A DNA stretch of 64,000 nt from positions 6,379-70,378 of the forward strand of contig JAICYJ010000010.1 of assembly GCA_025934255.1 (NCBI GenBank). Direction: 5' to 3'. The stretch is from Thermoleophilia bacterium (GTDB lineage Bacteria > Actinomycetota > Thermoleophilia > Gaiellales > JAICJC01). The notes under the pieces were generated by a model. It saw only the letters and a list, made by a program, of their open reading frames with translations, ran no database searches and was not told where the DNA came from. Positions 35,350 to 43,191 of this stretch are shown one piece after another. The stretch's first letter is position 1, and each line of letters opens with the position of its first letter. The translations under genes were made by a program, and so were the position numbers.

Positions 35350-35709
35350 GTGCAGTATGTGCTCTTGATCTACGGGGATCCGGCCGCTGCCGAGGGGATG
35401 TCCGAGGAGGACGGCCGCGCCATGATGGCCGAGTACTTCGAGTACACCGAGGGGCTGCGCCGGTCGGGCGCGTACGTCTCGGGCGAGCCGCTGGAGTCGG
35501 CGCAGACCGCGACCACGGTGCGGCAGCGTGACGGCCAGCAGCTGATCAGCGACGGGCCGTTCGCGGAGACGCGCGAGGTGCTGGGCGGGTTCTACGTGCT
35601 GGAGTGCGACTCGCTCGACCAGGCGCTGGAGCATGCCGGGCGCTGCCCGGGGGCCCGCTACGGCTCGATCGAGGTGCGGCCCGTGATGGTGATGCCGGCC
35701 ACGGCGTGA
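35350..35709 (+). CDS. YciI-family (DGPF-type) protein
   Basis: GGAGGAA RBS before the GTG. MQYVLLIYGD…DGPFAETREVLGGFYVLE…SIEVRPV is the family signature. Confidence 0.8.
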   Translation: MQYVLLIYGDPAAAEGMSEEDGRAMMAEYFEYTEGLRRSGAYVSGEPLESAQTATTVRQRDGQQLISDGPFAETREVLGGFYVLECDSLDQALEHAGRCPGARYGSIEVRPVMVMPATA

Positions 35710-36977
35710 CCTCCGAGGCGGCGGCAGTCGACCGGGTGTTCCGGTCAGAGTTCGGGCGCGCCGTCGCGCTGCTTGCCCGCGTCCTCGGCGACATCGGACT
35801 CGCCGAGGACGCGGTCCAGGATGCGTACCTGGCCGCGCTGCGCCGCTGGCCGGCCGACGGGATTCCCGACAACCCACGGGCGTGGATCGTGGCGGTGGCG
35901 CGGAACAGGGCGATCGACCGGCTGCGGCGAGACCGGGTGCTGGAACGGCACACGGAGGAGCTGACCCGGCGGGCGGAGGACGAGATGAACCGGTACGACG
36001 AGAGCGCGGACGACGACACCGTCCCCGACGAGCGGCTGCGGCTGATCTTCACCTGCTGCCACCCGGCACTGGCGACCGAAGCGCAGGTGGCGCTGACGCT
36101 GCGGCTGGTGGCGGGGCTGACGGTGCCGGAGATCGCGCGGGCGCTGCTGGCGGCGGAGCCGACGATCGCCCAGCGGCTGGTGCGGGCCAAGCACAAGGTG
36201 CGGGCGGCCGGGATCCCGGTGCGGGTGCCTCCCGACGACCAGCTGACCGATCGGCTGGCGAGCACGCTGGCGGTGGTCTACCTGATCTTCAACGAGGGGT
36301 ACGTGGCCACGTCGGGGCCGCAGCTGCGGCGAGACGATCTGGCCGGGGAGGCGATCAGGCTGGGGCGCGTGATCAGCACGCTGATGCCGGATGAGCCGGA
36401 GGCGGCCGGGCTGCTCGCGCTGATGCTGCTGCAGCACTCGCGGCGCGATGCCCGCACCGACGCCGCCGGCGAGGTGGTTCTGATCGGGCGGCAGGACCGC
36501 TCGCAGTGGCACCGCGACGAGATCGCGGAGGGGGTCGCGCTGACGGAGCGGGCGCTACGCATGACGCGAACGCCCGGGCGCTACGCGCTGGAGGCGGCGA
36601 TCGCGGCGGTGCACGCCCAGGCGGCCACCGCCGAGGACACCGACTGGTGGCAGATCGCGGCGCTGTACGAGATGCTGCTGAGGGTGTCACCGTCCCCGAT
36701 GGCGGCACTCAGCCGGTCGGTGGCCGTGTCGCTGGCGCAGGGGCCGGCGGCCGGGCTGGCGCTGGCCGACTCGATCGCCGCCGAGGGCTCGCTCGCCCAC
36801 AGCCACCTGCTGCATGCGACCCGGGCCGACATGCTGGGCAGGCTGGGGCGCTCACAGGAGGCGGCCGCCGCCTACCGCACCGCGATCGAGCAGGCCGGCA
36901 ACGAGGCCGAGCGCCGGCTGCTGCAGCGGAAGCTGGCCGACCTGCCCGAGCCGTCACAACCGCGCACGACCAGGTAA
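35706..36977 (+). CDS. Sigma-70-family (ECF-like) sigma factor with a long C-terminal helical/TPR-like extension
   Basis: GTGA overlap with the yciI stop. Region 2: …AEDAVQDAYLAALRRWP…NPRAWIVAVARNRAIDRLRR. Region 4: LTVPEIARALLAAEPTIAQRLVRAKHKV. About 230 aa follow as an extension. Confidence 0.75.
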   Translation: MTSEAAAVDRVFRSEFGRAVALLARVLGDIGLAEDAVQDAYLAALRRWPADGIPDNPRAWIVAVARNRAIDRLRRDRVLERHTEELTRRAEDEMNRYDESADDDTVPDERLRLIFTCCHPALATEAQVALTLRLVAGLTVPEIARALLAAEPTIAQRLVRAKHKVRAAGIPVRVPPDDQLTDRLASTLAVVYLIFNEGYVATSGPQLRRDDLAGEAIRLGRVISTLMPDEPEAAGLLALMLLQHSRRDARTDAAGEVVLIGRQDRSQWHRDEIAEGVALTERALRMTRTPGRYALEAAIAAVHAQAATAEDTDWWQIAALYEMLLRVSPSPMAALSRSVAVSLAQGPAAGLALADSIAAEGSLAHSHLLHATRADMLGRLGRSQEAAAAYRTAIEQAGNEAERRLLQRKLADLPEPSQPRTTR

Positions 36978-37177
36978 CGCCCCGCCCGGCCGGCACCGCC
37001 AGATCCGGCTTATGCGTGACTCCGGCAAGGTTGCAACGACCCGTACATCCACCTGCGACGCGCGCCCGGCGAAGCAGCCACGGCCGTGACAGGTTCGTCC
37101 AGCACGTCCGGATCACGCGCAGCCACCGCCAACGTCCCAGTGACGACCTCGCACGCGCCCGTCACGGAGTGCCGCGC

Positions 37178-37206
37178 GCAACGCCCGCGCCTGGCACCGG
37201 TGTTGC
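37178..37206. repeat. Third copy of the REP-like hairpin (GCAACgcCcGcGCC-T-GGCACCGGTGTTGC)
   Basis: Positions 37187-37206 are an exact 20-nt match to 1389-1408 (GCGCCTGGCACCGGTGTTGC). It lies in the convergent intergenic region between the sigma factor and flavin reductase genes. Confidence 0.6.
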
Positions 37207-37244
37207 CAACGGCGGAGAAACGACCCGTGACGGCGCGGTGCCGG

Positions 37245-37778
37245 CTACCAGCCGGAGGCGGTGTGAATCCCGATCACGCGGCCCTGGGGCACCAGCGCGT
37301 CTGCATCGAGGCCGCCGAAGGCGCCGCGGTGAAAGATCAGCGGCTGGCCGCCCGACCCCTCGAAGTCGATCACCTCGCCCACGACCAGGTCGTGGTCGCC
37401 GGCCACGTGCGTGCCGTACACCTCGCAGCGCAGGATCGCAAGCGCGTGGCGCACGACCACGAAGCCGTGCGGGTCCTGCACCGTGTAGCCTTCCGGGAAC
37501 GGCGCTCCCGGCTTCGCGAACGCCAGGGCCACGTCGCGCTGGTTGCGGTGCAGCACGTTGACCGTGAACCTGTTCGACGACTTGACCGCCTCCAGCGTCC
37601 GGGTGGCGTGCGCAAGCGACACCAGCACCAGCAGCGGATCGAGCGAAACCGACGTGAAGGAGTTCAGCGTCATGCCCGCAGGCTGGCCCTGCGCATGGGT
37701 CGTCACCACGGTCACGCCGGTGGCGAACGCGCCCACGCATTCGCGGAAGTCAAGCCGCAGTTCGCCTGAGATGCTCAT
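37245..37778 (-). CDS. Flavin reductase family protein (FMN-binding split barrel)
   Basis: …FRECVGAFATGVTVVTT…GMTLNSFTSVSLDPLLVLVSL…. 177 aa. Confidence 0.8.
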   Translation of the reverse strand: MSISGELRLDFRECVGAFATGVTVVTTHAQGQPAGMTLNSFTSVSLDPLLVLVSLAHATRTLEAVKSSNRFTVNVLHRNQRDVALAFAKPGAPFPEGYTVQDPHGFVVVRHALAILRCEVYGTHVAGDHDLVVGEVIDFEGSGGQPLIFHRGAFGGLDADALVPQGRVIGIHTASGW

Positions 37779-37865
37779 TCGGCCGTACAGTATCCATCGC
37801 GGCGCCGCCTTTCAGCGCCCGCGGGGAAGAGAGGACACCTCATCATCCTGATCAGCCTCACCGGC

Positions 37866-39482
37866 GTGTCGAAGACTTTCGGTGCCCGTACCATCCTGCG
37901 CGGCCTCGATTTCGAGGTCGACGAGCGCGCCCGCGTGGGCGTGATCGGGCCGAACGGCGGCGGCAAGTCCACCATGCTGCGCCTGCTGGCCGGCAGCGAG
38001 CAGGTGGACGCCGGCAACGTCGCCCGCCGCCGTGAGCTGGTGACCGCCTTCCTGCCCCAGCAGGTCGCGCCCGAGCAGCGCACGCCACGCCAGATCGTGC
38101 GCGGCGCCAGGCCCGAGATCGCACGGATCGAGCGAGAGCTGTCCGATTGCGCCGCTCGCCTGGGCGAGCCCGACGTGATCGCCGACCTCGACCTGATGAG
38201 CCGCGTTCTCCGCCGTCAGGAGCGCCTGCTGGACGAGCTCGACCGGGCCGGCGGCCACGTCTTCGAGGGCCGCATCGAGACGCTGCTGCTCGAGCTCGGC
38301 CTGCGCCCGGAGCAGTTCGACGAGACCTCGGCCGTGCTCTCCGGCGGCCAGCGCAAGCTGGTGGCCCTGGCCGCCTGCCTCGCCCAGGACCCGGATGTGC
38401 TGCTGCTGGACGAGCCCGAGACGCACCTCGACGCCGAGCGCCGCAGCGACCTCGAGCGGCTGGTGCGCCGCTTCGATGGCGCCGTGGTGATGGTCAGCCA
38501 CGACCGCTACCTGCTGGACGAGACCGTCACCACCATCGCCGAGCTGGACGGCGGCGCCATCACGCTCTGGCCCGGCAACTACTCCGCCTACGCCGTCTCC
38601 CGCGAGCTGGCGCTGCAGCGCCAGGAGCATCACTACCAGACCCAGCAGAAGGAGATCGCGCGGCTGGAGGAGATGATCCGCCGCTTCAAGCAGTGGTTCA
38701 ACCAGGGCGACAACGAGCGCTTCATCGTCGCCGCGCGCGTCAAGCAGCGCCAGATCGACACCATGGAGAAGGTCGACCGGCCGGTGCTCGAGCGACGCAA
38801 GATGGGCCTGCGGCTGCGCAGCGAGCGCCGGGGCGGCCAGCGCGTGGTCGAGCTGCGCCACGTGGACGCCGCCTACGACGGCGAGCCGATCCTGCGCGAT
38901 GTCTCGCTGACGGTGATGCGCGGCGAGCGGGTCGGCATCATCGGCGCCAACGGCTCCGGCAAGAGCGTGCTCACCCGGCTCATCACCGGCGAGCTGGAGC
39001 CGGCCTCCGGCGAGCGCTGGATCGGCCCCTCGATCGAGCTAGGGACGCTCGTCCAGGAGCACCACCCCGCCCTCGGCGCCGCCACCCCGATCGAGGCCGT
39101 GCGCCTCCAGCGCCCCTGCACCGAGGGCGAGGCCGTGCACGCGCTGATGCGCTTCCTGTTCACCTACGAGCAGGTGCGCCAGCCGGTCGAGAAGCTGTCG
39201 GGCGGCGAGCGCACCCGCCTGGAGCTGCTGCTGCTGATGCGCGGCGGCGCCAACTGCCTGGTGCTGGACGAGCCCACCAACCACCTGGACATCGACTCGG
39301 TGGAGGCGCTCGAGGGCGCCCTCGAGAGCTTCGACGGCACCGCCGTGTTCGTCTCACACGACCGCTACTTCCTCGACCGCATCTCCGACCGCATCCTCGA
39401 GGTGCGCGACGGCCACGTCCACAGCTCGGAGGGCGGGTACAGCGCCTGGTACGCACGCCACAAGGGCAGCGTGGCCGCATGA
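37866..39482 (+). CDS. ABC-F family ATPase (two ABC domains, no TM). The true start is probably upstream of GTG 37866 at a non-canonical codon.
   Basis: GPNGGGKST / LSGGQRKLVALA…LLLDEPETHLD and GANGSGKSV / LSGGERTRLEL…LVLDEPTNHLD, joined by a charged linker. There is no in-frame ATG, GTG or TTG between the stop at 37767 and 37866, although the encoded IILISLTG looks like the missing first beta-strand. Confidence 0.8.
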   Translation: MSKTFGARTILRGLDFEVDERARVGVIGPNGGGKSTMLRLLAGSEQVDAGNVARRRELVTAFLPQQVAPEQRTPRQIVRGARPEIARIERELSDCAARLGEPDVIADLDLMSRVLRRQERLLDELDRAGGHVFEGRIETLLLELGLRPEQFDETSAVLSGGQRKLVALAACLAQDPDVLLLDEPETHLDAERRSDLERLVRRFDGAVVMVSHDRYLLDETVTTIAELDGGAITLWPGNYSAYAVSRELALQRQEHHYQTQQKEIARLEEMIRRFKQWFNQGDNERFIVAARVKQRQIDTMEKVDRPVLERRKMGLRLRSERRGGQRVVELRHVDAAYDGEPILRDVSLTVMRGERVGIIGANGSGKSVLTRLITGELEPASGERWIGPSIELGTLVQEHHPALGAATPIEAVRLQRPCTEGEAVHALMRFLFTYEQVRQPVEKLSGGERTRLELLLLMRGGANCLVLDEPTNHLDIDSVEALEGALESFDGTAVFVSHDRYFLDRISDRILEVRDGHVHSSEGGYSAWYARHKGSVAA

Positions 39483-40468
39483 AGACCGCACCCCGCCGCC
39501 CGCGCACGATCCAGGAGCGACGCGACATCGCCCGCCGCCGCGTCCGCCGCGAGCGGCAGCTCGCCGCCGGCGTGACGCTCGGCTGCGTCGTCGTCGTGGG
39601 GGCCTTCTTCGCGCTCAGCCAGGGCGGCTCGGGGATCGACACCAGCGCCGCCGAGCACGGTTCCTCAAAGGCCGCCCCGCCCGCGCAGGAGCCGCGCGGC
39701 GGCCGCACGCTGCTGCCGGACTACCGAGTCGTCGCCTACTACGGCGCCCCGCAGGACCCCGGCCTCGGCCAGCTCGGCATCGGCACCCCCCACTCGGCCA
39801 CCGCCAAGCTGCTGGCGCAGGCCGCCCCGTACGCCCGCCCCGGCCGCCCGGTGATGCCGGCCCTCGAGCTGATCGCAACGTTGGTCACGGCCGCGCCCGG
39901 CGACGACGGCAAGTACCGGTACCGGCAGAGCAGCGACCTGATCGATCGCTACCTGGCCGAGGCACGCCGGGCCAAGGCGCTGCTGATCCTCGACATCCAG
40001 CCGGGCCGGGCCCGCTTCATGGACGAGGTGCGCGCCTATCAGCGGTACCTGCGCGAGCCGGACGTGGGGCTGGCGCTCGACCCGGAGTGGAGCATGCGCA
40101 GGCACGAGATCCCGGGCCAGGTGATCGGCTCCACCGACGCATCGATCGTGAACCAGGCCGGGGCGTACCTGTCGGCCCTGGTCAAGCGCTACGACCTGCC
40201 GCAGAAGCTGTTGATCGTGCACCAGTTCACGCCCGGCATGATCCAGCACCGGCGCACCCTGGCCGAGCACCCCGGCGTTGCCCTCGTGATCAACATCGAC
40301 GGGTTCGGCAACCCGCCGAACAAGATCTCCAAGTACGACCTCTTCGCCAAGCGCCACCCGCCCTGGTACAACGGTTTCAAGCTGTTCTACCACGAGGACA
40401 GCCATATGATGTCGCCGCCCGCGGTGATGCGCCTGCACCCGCGCCCCGACGTGATCATCTACGAGTAG
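39479..40468 (+). CDS. Hypothetical membrane-anchored extracytoplasmic protein (Arg-rich N-terminus, one TM, ~270-aa domain)
   Basis: ATGA overlap with the ABC-F stop. TM segment AAGVTLGCVVVVGAFFAL. The domain has …LILDIQPGRARF…GLALDPEWSM…LLIVHQFT… motifs, possibly a hydrolase-like TIM barrel; that is speculative. Confidence 0.55.
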   Translation: MKTAPRRPRTIQERRDIARRRVRRERQLAAGVTLGCVVVVGAFFALSQGGSGIDTSAAEHGSSKAAPPAQEPRGGRTLLPDYRVVAYYGAPQDPGLGQLGIGTPHSATAKLLAQAAPYARPGRPVMPALELIATLVTAAPGDDGKYRYRQSSDLIDRYLAEARRAKALLILDIQPGRARFMDEVRAYQRYLREPDVGLALDPEWSMRRHEIPGQVIGSTDASIVNQAGAYLSALVKRYDLPQKLLIVHQFTPGMIQHRRTLAEHPGVALVINIDGFGNPPNKISKYDLFAKRHPPWYNGFKLFYHEDSHMMSPPAVMRLHPRPDVIIYE

Positions 40469-40472
40469 CGCG

Positions 40473-41411
40473 TCAGGCGGTTGCGGCGAACGGATGCCGC
40501 GCGATCTCGGCGCACACTTCGGCGGCGAGATCGATGAACGAGCGGGCGGCGGCGGACTGGACGCGGTCGCGGTGCCATGCGATCCCGATCAGCCGCGGCG
40601 GCAGCTTGCCGCTCATGTCGACGGCGCGGGTGCGCGGATCGGCCAGGTCGACCGCCAGCGCCGGCATCAGCGCAACCCCCACTCCGGCCGCCACCATCCC
40701 CTGCATGGTGCCATTGTCGTCTGACCGGAAAACGATCTCCGGGGTGCTGCCGCGCAGGCGCAGCTGCTCCTCGACCTGGTGCGACGAGGTGCAGGTGCGG
40801 TAGCTGATCAGCGGCAGGTCGCCGACCTCACGCAGCGACGGGGGCTGTCCCGCGGCCAGCGGCGAGCCGGTTTTCACGACCAGCATGTGCGGATCGCGCA
40901 GGATCTCGATCGCCTCGAACGGGCCGTCCGGCAGCGGCAGCTGGATGAACGTGAGGTCGAGGTCGCCGGTCTCGACCTGCCGCACCAGCGCGCCGTCCTC
41001 GCTCTCGGACAGCTGCACGTCGACGTGCGGATGCGCGAACGAGAACCGCAGCATCACCTCGGGCAGCACGCGCGCGCCTACGCTCTGGTACGTGCCGACG
41101 CGCAGCGACCCCGCGTTTCCCTCGTGCAACGCCGCCAGGTCGGCCTGTGCCGCCCGCAGGCGCGCCACGATTCCGTCGGCATGGCGCAGCAGCACCGTCC
41201 CCGCCTCGGTGATCGACACCGGGCGCGGGCCGCCCGGCCGCTCGACCAGACGATCGCCCACCAGTCGCTCGAGCGTCGCGATCTGCTGGCTGACGGCGGA
41301 CTGCGTGTAGCCCAGCCGGATCGCGGCACGGCCGAAGCTGCCCTCCTCCGCCACCGCCTGCAGGGCAGCCAGATGCCGCAGTTCGACCCCGAGCCAACTA
41401 TCAGGTTCCAT
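40473..41411 (-). CDS. LysR-family transcriptional regulator
   Basis: HTH: LRHLAALQAVAEEGSFGRAAIRLGYTQSAVSQQIATLERLVG. GGGAAG lies 6 nt before ATG 41411; TTG 41417 is also possible. Confidence 0.85.
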   Translation of the reverse strand: MEPDSWLGVELRHLAALQAVAEEGSFGRAAIRLGYTQSAVSQQIATLERLVGDRLVERPGGPRPVSITEAGTVLLRHADGIVARLRAAQADLAALHEGNAGSLRVGTYQSVGARVLPEVMLRFSFAHPHVDVQLSESEDGALVRQVETGDLDLTFIQLPLPDGPFEAIEILRDPHMLVVKTGSPLAAGQPPSLREVGDLPLISYRTCTSSHQVEEQLRLRGSTPEIVFRSDDNGTMQGMVAAGVGVALMPALAVDLADPRTRAVDMSGKLPPRLIGIAWHRDRVQSAAARSFIDLAAEVCAEIARHPFAATA

Positions 41412-41485
41412 GTTCAACTTCCCATGTGGTGGGTGTACGTGAGATCACCGGTCGCGTGAATAGGCCGTTCTCGGCGAAATCTTCC

Positions 41486-41500
41486 ATAAGCATGGCTAAT
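41486..41500. promoter_or_regulatory. T-N11-A LysR-type box ATAAGC-ATG-GCTAAT in the AT-rich divergent region
   Basis: Imperfect dyad (5 of 6 per half-site) fitting T-N11-A, located between lysR and the leaderless micro-ORF. Confidence 0.4.
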
Positions 41501-41556
41501 CATATACACCGATTAGTGGATTTGAGCGAATCGTCCCCACGGCCGATACTTCACAC

Positions 41557-41664
41557 ATGGCAACGTTCATGATCATCTTCATCCTGGCGGTTGGCCCGCT
41601 GGCGCTGCTGTACGGCGTCGACTCGCGGCCCACCGATACCCGGGACACGCGACGCTGGCTCTAA
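41557..41664 (+). CDS. Hypothetical 35-aa hydrophobic micropeptide (MATFMIIFILAVGPLALLYGVDSRPTDTRDTRRWL)
   Basis: A -10-like GATACT (41545-41550) sits 6 nt before the ATG, matching the leaderless pattern seen elsewhere in the window. One TM segment plus a basic tail. It is below the ORF-track length cutoff. Confidence 0.35.
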   Translation: MATFMIIFILAVGPLALLYGVDSRPTDTRDTRRWL

Positions 41665-43151
41665 CCCCGTAGCTCGGAGTCGAGTCGCGCGCCCAGCTCG
41701 GCCACCACGTCGAGAACGGCGTCGATGTCGTCGGCCTCGGTGCGGTGGTTGACGATGCACGCCCGCAGCACGAACCGCTCGCCCAGCAGGGCGTTCGAGA
41801 TGTAGACGCGACCGTCCAGCTGCAGCTCGGTCATGATCCGCTCGTTCAGCCGTGACAGGTAGCCGGCGTCCAGGCCCGGCTCAGGCACGTACGCGAAGCA
41901 GCAGATCGAGAGCCCCACGGGAGCGGCCAGCTCGAACCGGTCGCGCTCCTGCACGCGTGCCGCCATGTAGCGCGCCAGCGCCGCGTCGTGCGAGATGCGG
42001 GCGCCGTACGCGCGGTGGCCGTGCGCGAGCAGCGAGGACCACAGCTTGAGGGCCTGGAAGCCGCGGCTGTACTGCGGCCCCAGCTCGCCCAGGCTGACCC
42101 CGGCGCCGGTGCGCTCGCGGTCCTGCCACACGTATGACGCGTGCACCTGGTATGCGTCCACCAGGTGCTGCGGGTCGCGCACCAGCACGCAGCCCGCCGA
42201 CTGCGCGATGTAGAGCCACTTGTGCGGGTCGAATGCGATCGAGTCGGCGCGCTCGATCCCGGCCAGCAGCGGCCGCAGGTCGTCGGCCAGCACCGCGGGG
42301 CCGCCGTACGCCGCATCGACGTGCATCCAGACCTGCTGCTCGGCGCAGACCTCGGCCACCTCCGCCAGCGGGTCGATGGTGCCCGTGGACGTCGTGCCCG
42401 CCGTGGCCACCACCGCCATCGGCCGCAGACCGGCCGCGCGGTCGGCGCGGATCTGCTCGCGCAGCGCGCCGGTCGTCATCCGCAGCCGGTCGTCGACCGG
42501 CAGCCTCCGCACGGATGCGGTGCCCAGCCCCAGCGCGTCCGCCGCGCGGTCGGTGACGACGTGCGTCTGATCGGTTGCATAGATCACCAGCGGCGGGCCT
42601 GCGGCCATGCCGTCGCGGCGGGTGTTCCACCCAGCCACGTGGTCGCGCGCGGCTTTCAGCCCGACCATGTTGGCCATCGCGCCGCCCGACACCAGCAGGC
42701 CGGCCGCCTCATCGCCCATGCCGAACCGGGCGGCGAACCACCGCACCAGGTTCTGCTCGATCTCGCTCGCCGAAGGCGAGAGCTGCCATCCGCCCACGTT
42801 CATGTTGACCCCGGAGGCCAGCATGTCGACCACCGCCCCCGGCACGGTGCCGCTGCCGGTCACGTAGGCGAGGAAGCGCGGGTGCCCGCACTGGACGCCC
42901 CACTCGATCAGCACGTCCCGCAGGTGGGCGATCAGCTCGTCGTCGCTCATGCCGTGCTCCGGCACCGGCCGCACCACCGCGGCGCGCACTTCCGCGGCCG
43001 GCGCGTAGCGGGAGATCGGCATGTCGTCGAGGCCGTCCAGGAACTCTGCGTAGAGCCCCACGGCGCGATCGGCCAGCGAGCGCATGCGGGCCGAATCCCA
43101 GTCGAGGTCGGTTACAGGCGCCGGCGGCTGCGTCTGGTGTGTCACGGACAT
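41661..43151 (-). CDS. Group II pyridoxal-dependent decarboxylase (copy 2)
   Basis: …SGGAMANMVGLKAARD… and the PLP-lysine motif AFDPHKWLYIAQSAG. A -10-like GATACT sits 8 nt before ATG 43151. Confidence 0.8.
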   Translation of the reverse strand: MSVTHQTQPPAPVTDLDWDSARMRSLADRAVGLYAEFLDGLDDMPISRYAPAAEVRAAVVRPVPEHGMSDDELIAHLRDVLIEWGVQCGHPRFLAYVTGSGTVPGAVVDMLASGVNMNVGGWQLSPSASEIEQNLVRWFAARFGMGDEAAGLLVSGGAMANMVGLKAARDHVAGWNTRRDGMAAGPPLVIYATDQTHVVTDRAADALGLGTASVRRLPVDDRLRMTTGALREQIRADRAAGLRPMAVVATAGTTSTGTIDPLAEVAEVCAEQQVWMHVDAAYGGPAVLADDLRPLLAGIERADSIAFDPHKWLYIAQSAGCVLVRDPQHLVDAYQVHASYVWQDRERTGAGVSLGELGPQYSRGFQALKLWSSLLAHGHRAYGARISHDAALARYMAARVQERDRFELAAPVGLSICCFAYVPEPGLDAGYLSRLNERIMTELQLDGRVYISNALLGERFVLRACIVNHRTEADDIDAVLDVVAELGARLDSELRG

Positions 43152-43191
43152 GCTGCGTCAGTATCGCATCGGCCCGTACACTGAGAGAACC

